The notes: generated by a model not told the origin, from the letters alone. A DNA stretch of 63,417 nucleotides, filler included, from Choristocarpus tenellus KU-1152 (GCA_964200185.2; 7 parts of 7 records of this genome joined end to end with filler, not necessarily neighbours in it); one strand, 5' to 3'. Positions 13,401 through 27,136 are shown, counted from the whole stretch's first letter. Numbers and translations: made by a program.

Positions 13401-15255
13401 TAGACACCTTGATACTGGTACTCCAAACGGACCAGACACAATATGTTGCAGGCGTTCATTCACCGCTCCCTACTGAAACCTACAGCCGCCCTACCACCCA
13501 CCACGTGAGTTGCTCTATCTGTGCACTGAGATGTACAAATCTTAAACCACAATGGAGTCAATGCTGAAAGTACAGTAGAAGGATCCCTTGTAGTATTTGT
13601 TCTTCCAGGACTTAGCTGCAGCAGCAGCAACACTGTCCCTCAAATGATTTCTTTTACTCTCTGCTTGTATGTTGGTCCTTTGTCGGGCCCATGATAATAC
13701 CTGCAAAAATCAGTGGATATAGCAAAATATGCAAGGGGTGACCCCACGTATTTATCATTGTAGAAAGTTCTTGACCTCCAAATTTTAGAATAGTGGAGTT
13801 GCTTTTGAACCCCATGCATTAGGTGTCCCTCTACTGTTGGTATTTTGTTTGGGATGCATCGGAAGGTCGTTTTGGTATGTGATTGCACTGGAACGCTGAG
13901 GTTGACTTTAAATGTTCGCCAAGAGAAGTCAGGATCTTGACGTTCAGCAAGAGATCCGATGGAGGAGGCGGTGGAACAACTTGGTGAATAGCTGAACCCA
14001 ACCCTTACAATCAAAATGTGAGGGGTATCTGTTCAGTTAGTCGTAGTGCACAAGTTAGGTACATAGAGTAGTAGAAAGCATGAGAAGTGGTGTAGCGTGT
14101 GCTAATTGTGCTTGTGAACATGGCTCAGGAGGATCCTCAGTCTAGAACATAAAATAATATTGTGTATACAATCATGTATGTAGGGTATGATGGTATGTTG
14201 TTGAATTCTTTAACTCACCCTCGCATTATTTTCTAGCTTCTACTTCCTCTCGACACAAGCAAAACCAAAAACATGAATACATCAACGAAATGCGAATGGG
14301 TTACACAAGGAAACGATAGGTCAGGAAAAACATGGTACAAGAGAAGCCTTATCTCTTGACCTTTGCGTCATACACTTCTACAATAGTACTGATTTTATAA
14401 CATATGATTATTTTATTGGCTCCCTTCCTCATTTTCTGTCTGTAGATTTTCCTCCAAGTGCACAACCCACAACACTCAACCAAAATGAACGGTGAGAAGA
14501 TTAGCCACAAGCAAAATATGTACGAAACAAAATCGGAAAGCTCTCTCTAGAGATCTATACCAGGTCATAGATCTCCACATTATAGCGGTGATTGATAGTA
14601 GTACTGCTGGCCTCCGTACGTACTCTTCCCAATATTTCTGTCTTTCTATGTATTCCTTTCAAAGAGAGCAAAATACGACCCCAACCGAAATTCTGGAAAA
14701 TAGCTACACAAGATCAGAGATACACAAACACGTATTTCTGGAGGCTTACGATCTAGGGCTGCGTCCCATCTATACAGTAGACATGAGATCTTTGCAAGAG
14801 AGACGAACTCTTTCATGGAGGGGAGAAGGTGGACTTACATAATCGCCACATCTCTGTTGATAGAAAAAACATGACGCGGGTTGTGCAAGATAGCATTCGT
14901 CATGCTAAACCCTTACACATGTGTACCCACATTCCCATCCTGACTGCAAGTATATAGATCACTATCTTGTGGACAACCTTACTCAGAGAAGTCATGCTTG
15001 AAGTATGATTTGTGGCTAAGGTCGAATAGTGCCGCAAGGTTCACCCATTTCTAGTACGCTCTACCAACTAAACGCCCTCCAGCCTTTTCATTCTTGGGAA
15101 TGAGGGGTATGGCTCCACTACTATGGGACTGCCAACTCTTCACCCATCATCTCTTCAACTCCACATACACGCTGTAGCTTGGATTGGAGGGTCAGAATCG
15201 AGTCAGCAAGCACGATGAAGCACACTTTCATGTGCGCTTAGCAGTGTTGGAACAT

Positions 15256-18200
15256 TCACCATGCTCCGAAGTATTCCTTTGTCCACTCCACTCCGAGTTC
15301 ATCGCACACAGTGGCAATATCCTGGAGTATTTAAGGTGTGAAATGGAAGTGCATTAGCATTGATGCGTTATGAACTCATTGTGGAATGAGCTAGTAATTT
15401 TCCATTTTCCTGATAGTGTCTGGGACGAAATTGGGAATGGTTGTAAGGATGAGATCCAAAACCTTGACTGGAGATATCAAGGTTGTGAACGGAAAGAATC
15501 AAGCTAAGCAGAGGAATCCTGACCGGTCCTAAAAAAATTTTGCAAACTTGCCCTTGTTAGGTGTAAAACCGAACCTTCACATTTCGGGTAGGTACAAACA
15601 TAAAGTGAAAGTATCTTAGAGGGTACAAAATTTGCCCTGTTTTTTCCGTTTGGGACTTGACTTCCCACAGGTTTTTTATGACATTTTCATACTCCGAAAT
15701 GTTTCGGAGAAGGTAAAATGTGTATGTTATGAAAAGGTGTGTTCGGAACAAGGATATCGACACTTCTTAACAAACACAATAGCCAAAATCGCATCAAAAT
15801 CGCAGCATTGGATTTTGGCCCCCAAATGGACGTGGCTCTACCCTCTAACATACTTTGACTCATACCTCTTCGACCTTGGGGTTGGCTCCACAGTATATGA
15901 CCATCCAAGGAAGCTGGTTTTTACCAGTGTGAGAGTCCAGGGTGTGACCACTAAGATTGGTCCTTGAGGTCTCTGTGGTCTGTGGTATCAGAAAGGTATA
16001 CCAAGAACATCAAGAGTTGATTGTGTTAGAGCTCATATATAGAGTTTCCGTACCCCTTCTGAGTCAGGAGCACTATTTTCCCCTGGTGCATGTAGGATGC
16101 AACCAACGATAGTTTTGTGAATCAAGTTGCCTTCTTACATAAAATCAACATCTTGACAGATGTGAAGCAGATATTTCCTGATGTGGTGAAAACATGATAT
16201 CAGGCAAGATGGGGGAAAGATGCATATCCTGAGCTTTTCCATGATCTGACATATGGCCTCTTATAGTAGGTCCCTCACCTCTGCGACGCTTGTAAGGCTT
16301 AAGTCTGCCTTAGACAAGTACCTTTTGACCCGATCACGACGATCTGTGCGATTCCCCTGTTGCGTGGAAGTTTGACGGAGTTAGTTGGGCTACAAAGGTA
16401 ACTATCTCCAGCACTGTGTTAATAGCTGCATATCGGATATTTGGAAAAATAATTTTCCCAAGTCTCACACAATTCTGCTTCACTATACGGTATGCAATAT
16501 CCTAGTATCTAGTCAAAAGTCCACTTCAAAGCAATTTTGATACCTCCCCCGAGTACTTCAAAACAGATCACATGACACCATTACATTGCACCATAAAATA
16601 CAGAATGAACACGCCTCACCATGTCCACAATATACTTTTACTGCTACTTACCCCACGTTTAATGCTAGCATCATCCCTCGGATCCTCCAGATCGAGTGTG
16701 GGGGTCATCATGTCCCTAACAACTTTGGCAATGTTTGGACGGCCGATGTTCAGGGTAACTGGGTAGCGTGGACTGGCTTCTCGAAAAACGCAGTTGGTGG
16801 TCAAGGGTAGCAGCTCTGGCCTAATTCCAGTTCCATCCAAATACTCTGGGATGTCTGATATCTGGAGGGAATAGATAGATTGAAGGAATGGAGAACACCG
16901 GAAGTTCTGTCAATAGTAACAAGGATATATATGTATGTGAAACAATTGTTTGGGAGGCATCATGCATGCTCAGGCATTTGCTATTTAATGCCATGCACAC
17001 TGCTCCTGTGATGTACAATATTTTGCAAGGAGAGCCTCAGGAAAATATATAACTGCCTATTGGTAGGTTCAAGGATTGTGCAACAAGTTTTGCTCTTGGT
17101 TTTCCCCATTCTAGCATCAAAATTCCTCTATGACATGTAACCATGACTCGCAGTCCCCATATAATGCTTCGGATAAAACAAGACATTGTGATCACATTGA
17201 CACACTCTCGCAACTGATCTGCTCACCGTGTGCATCTCCGCGTCCTGCCGCCCACCGAAGCTTTTGCTTGCATGGCTATTCTTATATGTCTACATCTAAC
17301 GGAAAACCAGCACCCATCACTCAACCCCTGAGATTCGGGTCGTTATATTACTTCATAGTAGGCAGTGTGATGGGTTTGAATTACGTTGAGCCCTTCTTGT
17401 ACTTCGAAAGGATGTACTTACTCGTAGAGACAAAGAAACAGTTGTTGGGAGGGGTCAGGAGGCACAGTTACCTTGTTCGCTTGGGTTGGCAGGACCGTAG
17501 TGAATATTTCCTTGAGTCCTCTAACGATTTTTTTGCTTGGATTCCCTGTCACATGCACTGTGCTTTTAACACGGTGCAACTGAAGTCGAAGCCAACAGGG
17601 GAAGGGGGTTGAGGGGGAGTGTTGTGGGTTCGGGAAAAAAACGACTTTGTAAATGGACTAGTCTCTAGATCTTGTTGAAACCGACATGTATAGCTCGAAC
17701 CCGATGAAAGTTCATTAGAGATCGACCAGAAGTAACAAGATCCGGAGTTCTTCATGAAGTTCCTAAGGAGGGTGGGCATCTTGTGTGCCAAACGATAACC
17801 TATGCTGTATTGGCGGCTTTGGATGGGGATTGGAGTACGTTCAAACCATGGATAAGATACAAAAGGGATTTTCCCGCCTACCTACTCATTCTGCATCCCA
17901 GATCCGACATATGATATAGATGAAAAGGACAAGCGACCATGCAGAAAAAAAACTCTAACCCCATGCACTAAGCTCTCTTCCTCAAGTTAGAGATCTACCA
18001 CACCCCCTCTCCCAATGGACGCACATGCTCCTCGACGAAGGTTATCAGGCCTGCGTCACGCACCATCCACAGCAAGTGAATGTTCTTGCTGGAGGCATAC
18101 CTGCCAAAACATGTAGCACATTGCAATAAAATCAATATGCCTAATAGAGGACTAAGATACTTTGCAAGGGATACAAGTCTATATTGGGTAACCATGAAAT

Positions 18201-21200
18201 CCAAGCGGTAGATTGCCTTCTGGAGTCAGATCACGCCATGCATAGCAGCAAGCAACACAACTTCGACTGGAGTAAGAAGGGGGTAAGGTAAGACTTGCTA
18301 GTGCGTACTATGTATCTGTTTTGGGAATTGTGCTTCCGCGAGTTCAGGTACACCCCTAATAGTCGTATGTACTACTGGTATACTATACATGGAGTATACA
18401 TATGCACACACCTATGGCAAACCAGAAGAAGCAGTTTGCCGTGTAAATTTCCTTGTCATCCTTGATCTAAAGTCCTGAGTTTTCTATCCGTGTTTTCTAT
18501 GGTGACGTATCATTGATCTAAGGTGGAAGGATGAAAGTATCTTAGAGGGTACGAGTTTTGCTCTGTTTGTCCGTTTAGGGCTTGGCTCCCCATGGGGTTT
18601 TTAATGTCATTTTCCTCCTCCAAAATGTTGTGGAGTAGGCAAAATGTGTACGTTATGAAAGGTCTATCCGGAACAAGGATGTTGATACTCCCTAACAAAC
18701 ACGATAGCCAAAATTAAATCAAATCGCAACATTGGATTTTGGCCCCCACATGGACGCGGCTCTACACTCTAAGATACTCTGGCTCGGAATCTGTAGCCAT
18801 CATCGACCTTCACTTTGCAATAACGTGGAGAAAATATAAGGTTATCAGTCATTCACCTTTCAATGACGGAGATGACAGGTGTGATCCCAGCGCCAGTCCC
18901 GATCAGCAGAACTGTCCAAAGCAATAGTGGGCAAGGGCAGTCAGTGCCTAAGTGAGAGCAGACGTTTCGGCATGGTATTGCTGGCTGCAAAATTGTCATT
19001 CGGAGTGGAATAATGAGGTACCAAAACAATATTTTGCTAGAAAATTCAACCACAACATCAATAGACCGTTCTGTCTTGTTATCTTTGACATGTTGCAGAG
19101 CCACATTAACCAATGAATTGGGAAAGATATATCACTCGCATAGTTGTAATTAAAGTCAGCAGCATCCCAAACGCCCTAGCACTGAGGTATTGCGCAAAAA
19201 TCCTAGTATCACCATTTTCGTAGTAGAGAGTTCTGTCGATTATGCTGGGCAAGGGGGCAGAAATCCACAGGGGCACACGGGGTTTTTTAAGTCCCAGGAG
19301 AAACAGTCCCTTGGTCCAGTCTCCAACCTGCAGCACAGTCAACAATTTGAGTTGGGGGTACACAGGAAGGGGCAGCGTGTGCTGTGGGAAAGGAGGCAAC
19401 AAGTCTAGTTATGAGCCTGGTCCCCAAAACATCAATTAGGTATATTTGACTCATGCCATGTCTTTGAGCTGTACACAGTCCACGGGCACATTAACACGTA
19501 GTGTTGGGGACATGATTGAACTAAAGGAGCATGAAGGTCTCCATCCTCAATATAGGGGAAACTGTCACGATGTATTGCATAGGGTAACCAAACCCTCTTA
19601 GGTAACCAAATGTCTTATTTTCGAACGAATAATTTATCTCTTTCGTTACTTTTCCGCATACTCCTTCTACCTAAGCCTAATCCTAAGCCCTATCCTTTGG
19701 TTCCCTCAGAGGATTTGGATACCTAGTGCACTACAACACTTCGAACCAGTATGTAGGCGATCATTACCGTAGGTCATCATCTATTGTGCAGCCAGAGAGG
19801 AGGAAATCCATACAGTGATTGCTATGAATCATCTTTTTCATACTATACTCCCTTGAGCCTTAGGCGCTTGCTTTACCCTCACCGCTTCTGCGAAGAAAAC
19901 GGCGGACGGATGCTCCTCAGTAGAACATGGGGCCGAAATAAGGGAGAAAGGGTGCCACTGCGTCCGGCTGATCATTGGACAGTTGATATATGCATACGCC
20001 CCTGCCTTGAACTTATATCCCCTGACATTATAGACAGGAAGGAGGGTCATGGAAATATGTAAGGTACAATCGTCAGTGTATATTACTGGAGGAAAATCTG
20101 GTGTTGCGACTGATACTGCCACATCCAGGGCCTTTTCCCCACTCAAGTACACTAGTACGGACTTGAATCTGAGGCTAGCACTTGGAAGACTCATCTTTCG
20201 GGTAGCTGGTCATATCATACCTTCATACAGTATCTTGGATGCATTCAGACTATACCACCAACTACCAGTCAAGTTCACTACTAACGCCGACCAAGATGAA
20301 AACCTAAATTAAGCAGTCTATCCTTTGAGGAAGTTCAAGTCAAATGTCACAAAACAGGACACTGAATCGTCTGACACTCACACACAATTGTGCCAATATA
20401 TACACGTAGGAACTATACAACTCATCTTGGATACGTAATTGTCATAAGAGCAGAACAACAACATTGAAAATTCATCGTAAATTCATGGAACCTGGGTCTC
20501 ACTTAGGTAGGTCGAGATGCACTGCAGTACCGCGGCCCACAGAGGAGTACACTGGGTGTGGAATGAGATATGTCCTGTAGCGCAGAGGAGTCCATTAGGA
20601 TTGGGATAAGGTATCAGATCGAGGTTACTACAGTATTTACAGTGCAGTACTAGGATCTGGAGCTCTGAAGAACTCGAGTAGATGTTTCTAAAGCATATAT
20701 TCTTGATATTTGATCTCACTTGGAAGGGCTGTCACTTACGCTGGGGTGGCCTGGAGGCAAGATTGAATCAGAGGGAATCGCCTACAATATACACCGGTTG
20801 AATTATACTAATCTGCCAGAGAAATACAAGCAAAACGTTATAATGTCATATACCTGCGATCACTATGGAGATGCACTGTTTCCCTCAGGAGTCCTTAACC
20901 CTAAGTTTATAGATAAACACTCCATGGAATTCTGAGAAAAAAAATACACTTTCTAATGTTTGAACTACTTTCAGTACTCTCAAGTACTACATATTTCTCA
21001 TGGAGTATTCTCGTCAAGGAGTAAACATTACGCATGGACATACAACAATGTATGGGATGGGTAAGTAGGTGTGTGAGAACCATATGATCACTACATGATG
21101 CTGGAAGCAGTATCTGTATGATGTTACGCTGGGACTATACTAAAACTATGTATCCTCCCATTTATTTAGTGTCTTGTCTTTTAACCACACATACACTAAT

Positions 21201-23930
21201 TTAATTGTACTGATGAGCACATACGATACACATACATAGAGACATACACACGTTACATTTACACTCCAGCAATATGTCAATTTGATCCAACCAACTAGAA
21301 TACAAAACGAAAACCGTTCCAGAATTAGTTATGAAGCCTTATACTCGATCGCTGTTGACTGTGAACATACCAAGTCCTCGTCTAAAGGGCACTAAAGAGA
21401 GTCCGTACCAGTACCAAAGGTTTTATTTCGTGGTGCTACTGAGCATTGTATGGTCACAACAAGGGTAAATCACTTACCGATTTCCTGATGTGGTTTTATA
21501 GAGAGGTATTCGTTCCATTGATAGATATATGAAGAAGCTCGTCATAAAAGAAGTCATACGGTACTGCTTATGCGACTCTCGAAGGTGTAGCAAGCTCAAA
21601 GGCAAATGTGTCTGTTGATTTGGCCTATATCCTGGGTCCCCTTGTGCCACATACCGTCTAGTTGTGGAGTAAAACCAATCCAGAGCCCACCAGATCGTGA
21701 TGATGGAACCAACGATGGAGAGGGCACGGCTGTGGAAGCTGATGCAGACGAGAAGGGGAATTGCCAGGTAATGCATACTCTTACGAACCTCGTAGGAGCA
21801 CTGGCAGGGGAAGTGCAAGTATAACATTATTTTGGGTCTGTGAAAATGGGAACAATGATGACTTCGTGAGACACCATCAAGGTTCTCACTCAAGGGAGTG
21901 AAGGACACTTTACGAGGGCAGCACCATGCTGCTGCCCTTATAAACCGACCATTCAAGCATCTCCTGGCAATGAGTCTACGCTTAGAACCCGATCCCCATT
22001 TTACTTTCGAGTGCAAGTCTCTCCCCCCTCGCCCTGCATACCATGCCAATCAGAATCGCATCACCCACCTTGTTCCTAAGTACAGCATACTTCATGGGAA
22101 GGACCACTGGAAAGAGGAGAAGAAAGGCCAGTACACCTGCTCGCCCTGTGGTTGTGTCGTACATTATCTCTGTCTCGCTAGCCACTATGTACCGTGCAGT
22201 GTGTGCTATGCTGTGCTCCACGCCCATGGCTAGCATCAAGCTTCCGAAGTCTTTTCATCATGAGTAGCAACACACGATATAATGTAAGAGTTGTATATGA
22301 GCCCTATGACCAACGCAACCACATAAAAGGCTTTTGCATCTTGAACGCACATGGAACACTCTGCTGGGCCATAAGAAATACATACGACATCAGCGTCTAC
22401 CAAACACTTGACCATCGTTTCAACTTTGTTGCACGGTAAAGGTAACTGTCAAATGAGTGATGTAACATCGTGTGAAGAATGTCAAGATGAACGAAAGTTG
22501 TGTTGAGTGTGCACGGGGCAAGTTTCGTTGAAAACCTCACAGGTATGGATATCATGGACAGGCTCGAAGTTGATGACCGAGCCAAGCCACGAGTTCTGGA
22601 TGTAGGAGCGCGAGGATGAGCACTTGGAGAGAACTATAATACACATCGAAGGAAAGAGGGTGCCTGCCGAGAAGCGGGATATCGTCAGTAGAATGAGCTC
22701 CGCGGTCGAGGTCGCACATATTACCCTGTACGCAGAGAGTCAGGGACGCAGAGATTCAAGGGGGGAAAAGGTGATGATTGTACAGAGAGGTATTTGTTCT
22801 GGGTTTGTGGAGTGTGGATGTGTTCACTAGATATCTGCAGGTACCATCCTGGTCTCTTAGACTACGGTCGACAGATGTAGAGCTACAGAATAGAGTGCAA
22901 CATTCAGTAGAATCATGAAGCTTTGTTCAGTGATATTTTTCAGCTAATCCACTTCAAACTAATCTGGATAACAGCAGACATAACGAAGCAATCTTGCATT
23001 TCGTTCCATAGTACTAGGATGCATGCTAGCGCCAGGGGTACCAAGAAAAGGGAGGAGATGCATTCATTTGGGCTAAGCAATATCAAACAAGGGCAAGATT
23101 ATTTCGAAAAACCTTCATGATAGGAGGGGAAGAGTGGCAAAGAATACGTTGATGAGGATTCTTTGCTTGTGTGAGTCGTACCTATAGGGGCAAATTTGTT
23201 TCTTGTCGGGTTCCCAGAAGAAGCCCCAGGTGCTTGCCGACATATAGATACCAGAAAGCAACGTAATCTGACAGATATAGGGCAGATGATTTATGAGATG
23301 GTGAGGACGTAGTCAGCGGGCAACAACCATCTGTAGCATATACCCTATGCACGATGCGCTATAGTCCAGGACTGTGGTTGCTATGCGGTTATCACCTACC
23401 GCTTTGAGAAATACGATGATAGGGAACTTCTTCTCGGCAGCTCCTCGGCCTTGCTCGTCAGGAATTTTATCATCCAAGTAATTTCCTAACCGAGTTTTAG
23501 TGGCATCGGTGGGTAGTGAAGGCCGTGTCGCCGGGAGACGAAGTACCTGTTCTCTCTGAAGGCCAGTCGATCCCGTCCATATCTGTTCCTGAACATCCGC
23601 GAAAGAGGGTGACAAACATGGATGGTTCTGGGGGGTGACATCAACGGAAGGAAGAAAGTCCAGCTACCTGTGCGTGGGAACCGACTCTATTACCGATGTA
23701 TAATTTCTTAGCAGCTTAGCAGCTGCTTGTGAGCCGCCGTGAGCATTCACCAAATTCTTACTGCGATTTAGGAGGAGAAAATAAGTTGACGTTAGATCTC
23801 CGCATTTATGAGTCCCAACCACCAACTTTACCGTGTTAGACGGTCGCTGTTGAACATCTTCTGCGGCCCCTTGCCTTTCTCGGGATACAGGTCTGGCATA
23901 GAATTGGTTTCTACTCTCCTCTCGTGGCAT
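15256..23930 (-). CDS. Ferric reductase/NADPH oxidase family flavocytochrome, paralog B, about 685 aa, 17 exons
   Basis: Hand-spliced exons: 23930-23832, 23663-23400, 23267-23182, 22725-22541, 22250-22069, 21800-21655, 20574-20503, 20021-19883, 19327-19213, 18911-18857, 18100-18025, 17579-17472, 17289-17227, 16861-16652, 16356-16279, 15979-15866, 15321-15256. Phases are compatible (2058 nt). Motifs: heme His pairs H-x13-H (HTYFGSLMLAMGVEH) and H-x12-H (HYLAIPLLVCISFH), FAD motifs QWHPFS and VGDWT, NADPH motifs GTGAGITP, LLWMVRD, GRPN, YCG and EYF. The first two exons and 17289-17227 are less certain. Confidence 0.9.
15603..15861. mobile_element. MITE family 1, copy 1, in the last intron of FRE/NOX B at the 5' splice site
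   Basis: TIRs AAGTGAAAGTATCTTAGAGGGTA ... TACCCTCTAACATACTTTGACTC, flanked by ATA/ATA. Paralog A shows the empty site GTATGTTTGTACCTA. Confidence 0.92.
18529..18785. mobile_element. MITE family 1, copy 2, in an intron of FRE/NOX B
   Basis: Same TIRs and internal sequence as copy 1, with a perfect 4-bp flanking duplication GGAA/GGAA. Confidence 0.9.
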
Positions 23931-26599
23931 AGTTATTACTGTCGACAGTATAGGAGGGTAGGTTTAAGGGGTTTTGTGCCAAGGGTGTTGAAGACGTATG
24001 ACGGTCAAACCCAAAAAGTCGCATGTTGTGATGTATGGAGGGCAAATTACACCGAGATCAGGTTGAGGTACTTGGACACCGAATCATTCTATATTATTCG
24101 ACTGGGAAGCTAGTCAATACCATCCTCAATATTCGTACCGCATACCAGACAAAGAATATGTATATTGAACAAGCGAAAGTCTCCACTATACGCTGACACT
24201 ACAGAACTATCTGCTCTCTATACATTAGGTTTGTCTTCTATTTCTATAAACCTCTTGGTAAAAATTGGAACTTTCCTTGAGGGACGTGGGAGTTTCTATG
24301 ACATTGAGATATTATATTACGTAATATGATCATATTTGTGGGAAATGGAGAAAGTGAGATGGACGTAATACATATTTCTACATTTTATTGTGTTGTGAAA
24401 GTCGAATTTAAGGGTCATTCAAGGTACACCTGATCTTGTCCATGTTGCAACGTAATGAATGGTATCTGTTCGGGGAGTGTTTTGTTAAGGTCCATCTCAT
24501 CTTGTCCAAATTGCAAAATGGTCGCGTTCCTGTTCCAAGTGTTTTTGTCCAGGTGCCTGATCTTTTCCAATCGCGAAGGAAGTAGTGGTCACTGTTTGGG
24601 GAGGTATTTCGTTGAGGTAGAGCTGATCCTGTCCAAATCGCAAACAGCAATCTTCCTGAGGAAACTGAAGGAGTGGTGAAGGGCAGGCAGCGCCCAAGGC
24701 AGTCCCAAGCAGGAAGGGACGAGACACGTGTGGGTGATAGCCTTGCTCTGTTCTGACACTGTATCGCGTCGTACAATATATGACGGTTATTTGGGGTGTC
24801 TGAGGTCAACAATTCTTGTTTGTTGAAGTGTTCTGTTGCTCTTGGTCTGCATTTTTTTACTTTGTCCTGCCATGCTGTGTACACTCGGTCCTGTCCCTCT
24901 GACGACACGCTTTCTTATTTGCTAAATTATATTGTCTGTGTGTAATATGATGATACCATGCCTGGATTCGTGGTGGCTGCATGGCCTCCACATTTATGAT
25001 TGTGTGAGATGGGAGCAACCTTTCAAAGACTCTGGTCCTGTTGTTATTGTGTACCACACTTCCTCCAATCAATGTCTTGTTCCATACGTGCATACACATG
25101 ACATCTGTTTTGATTGGATGCATTGATTAGAGGTTGAGGAGCAGGAGAAGTACGAGAAGAATTCCACTGAATATAGTGGAATATACTAACTATAGTGGAT
25201 GTGTGTGTGTTAAGTACTGGTACAGCAGTCTTAAGAACATAGGCAGGGAGTGACAAAGTATGGGACACCAATCTGAAGGTAGCACCACTCTGAAACAATA
25301 ATAGCAAAAGTTAAATATGAACAACCAGAAATGAGACTGCTGCTCCAGTCTGAGAAAGGCATCGACACACCGTGGCTTCACATACCACACACTCTATATG
25401 ACCTTGTCTAGTATACTGTTTACTTACGTCTCCCACCTTTACCCTCCAGATCACACCTCCTTATAGTAGTGTCCCTCCAGCCCACCTTCATTACTCAATA
25501 TAAAAAACATAAAATACAAAAAGTATGAAGCAAGGAAAGAAGAAGCACAAGAAATGAAACCATGATGAGCACCCACCTTAGCCATCTTCTGATCATCGCT
25601 TACTGGGAACATCCTTTTCCCAAGATAAAAAGTTAAGATGACCATATCCCTCAAATATTAAATCAATTGTCACCTAAGAAGTCAACATGGCCCACAACAA
25701 TAAGCATACACATGGAACTCCAGAAACACATGTGCATAAAAAGCGGACACACGAAAAACATGCCTTCCACGGGTCCCAAAACCACGAAGCATCCAGGGCA
25801 TCTATGACAGAGGAGTAATTGAATCAAAGTAAGTGAGAGGTATCCAGGTATTCACCGTTTTGCATTTCAAGGAGAGTTTTTCAATCTTTTGCAATTGACC
25901 CATATTTCTATGGATGACGAGCTGATTGGACTTGAGAGCATTGATTTCTCTATTGTTTGGTACTTTTTGACACAGAATTCAGAAAATAATCTACATGCAT
26001 TTGGAACAAAAGCATTTTTTTGGGAAATCTACAGCACACAGCTACTGACAAATACAACGCTGCTAATATCCCGTGGGATAACACCTCTTCACCCCCTAAA
26101 TCGTTCTTCTTCTGATGCGGAGCGAGGTCGATAGCCTTAAACACTAATCGATGTCTAACACAGCATATCGTCCTCATTACACCATATTGATGAACGCCAG
26201 AATCCTTGCCATGTCTTCCCCCTTCATTGTTATGAGGTGCTTTTTGGTGATCACAGGGTAACAACACTTGGGAATCTATACTTTACAGACACTATCTCCG
26301 GCTACCCTCCATCAAACACAAACACATTCGAAACTTGGCCTAACCTTTCGACCAAAGGAGAGTACACTTCCGTCTTGGTTTTAACGATCGAAAACTGTTC
26401 CGCTTTTTTCATGCTAATATTCTCATAAACATTCACACTTTGATCAAGCTTATGTCGCTGTCGCGTCGTAGCTCTGGAACACCTATCCTTCGCGCCAAAC
26501 TGTCACATCCTTATATACCTGCAAGTTTTATGTACATCCACAATTAGGGGTGCGTCTGTCAACAGGTTGTTTCCCTAATGGTTTCACAATATTTGTATT

Positions 26600-26672
26600 G
26601 AGCCAAAGTATCTGGGGGGGGGGAGGGGTCTACACCAGGGTGTCCATTTGGGCCCTGACCAGGAAACGTGCA
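26600..26672. mobile_element. MITE family 2, left end truncated by the contig end
   Basis: GAGCCAAAGTATCT-poly(G)-GTCTACACCAGGGTGTCCATTTGG. It shares the outer TIR and the GTCCATTTGG motif with family 1. Confidence 0.75.
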
Positions 26673-26772
26673 NNNNNNNNNNNNNNNNNNNNNNNNNNNN
26701 NNNNNNNNNNNNNNNNTTAATTAATTAANNNNNNNNNNNNNNNNNNNNNNNNNNNNNNNNNNNNNNNNNNNN
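26673..26772. other. Artificial contig linker N44-TTAATTAATTAA-N44 (also 36068-36167, 40908-41007, 43758-43857, 55920-56019, 60334-60433)
   Basis: The identical 100-bp spacer, with stops in all six frames, occurs six times. Confidence 0.98.
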
Positions 26773-27136
26773 CACAGTGGTACTTTGGAAGCATCAAGCA
26801 GTGTCCTCCAAGACGTTCAACCAGAGTCTTAAGACTCGGTTCTACTACCTTGAAATCCGACTGCTTTCCAAGAACGTATGTCATGCTCACACTCTTATTC
26901 CTGTCCTGGCCCCCATTCTTGGTCATCCCTGGGATAAAAATACCTCTCTCTTGCAAAATCTGCCTCATCCCCTTAACATGTCCAATATACTCCCCCTTCT
27001 CGCCTTGTGGACAACAGAAAATCCTCAGCCGATATCCCTTGCCCCTGGCCTCCTGGTGGCACCGGATGAACTCAAATCCATCGGGGAATGAACCCACAAC
27101 AACGTCAACGTCGTCAGGCGACAACTCGGAGCTCAT
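26773..27136 (-). mobile_element. IS630/Tc1-mariner-type DDE transposase fragment, truncated by the gap
   Basis: KGMRQILQERG...VLGKQSDF...LKTLVERLGGHCLMLPKYHC matches the eukaryotic IS630-like consensus KGxxxxLxERG...QxDF...GHxCxFLPKFHCELNPIE. Confidence 0.8.

Noticed and set aside
15632-15967. Recurring MITE-derived ORFs (MLGSVNIL... type; also 18510, 54001, 60705)
   Set aside because: They are incidental frames within the non-coding MITE.
24408-26500. Fanzor/TnpB or other nuclease gene near the IS630-like fragment
   Set aside because: No RuvC or zinc-finger motifs were found, only fragmented unassignable frames, and the region is on a different contig from the transposase.
26673-26772. 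TTAATTAATTAA as a biological motif, and ORFs containing X or ending in LIN
   Set aside because: This is an assembly linker, identical at all six gaps.
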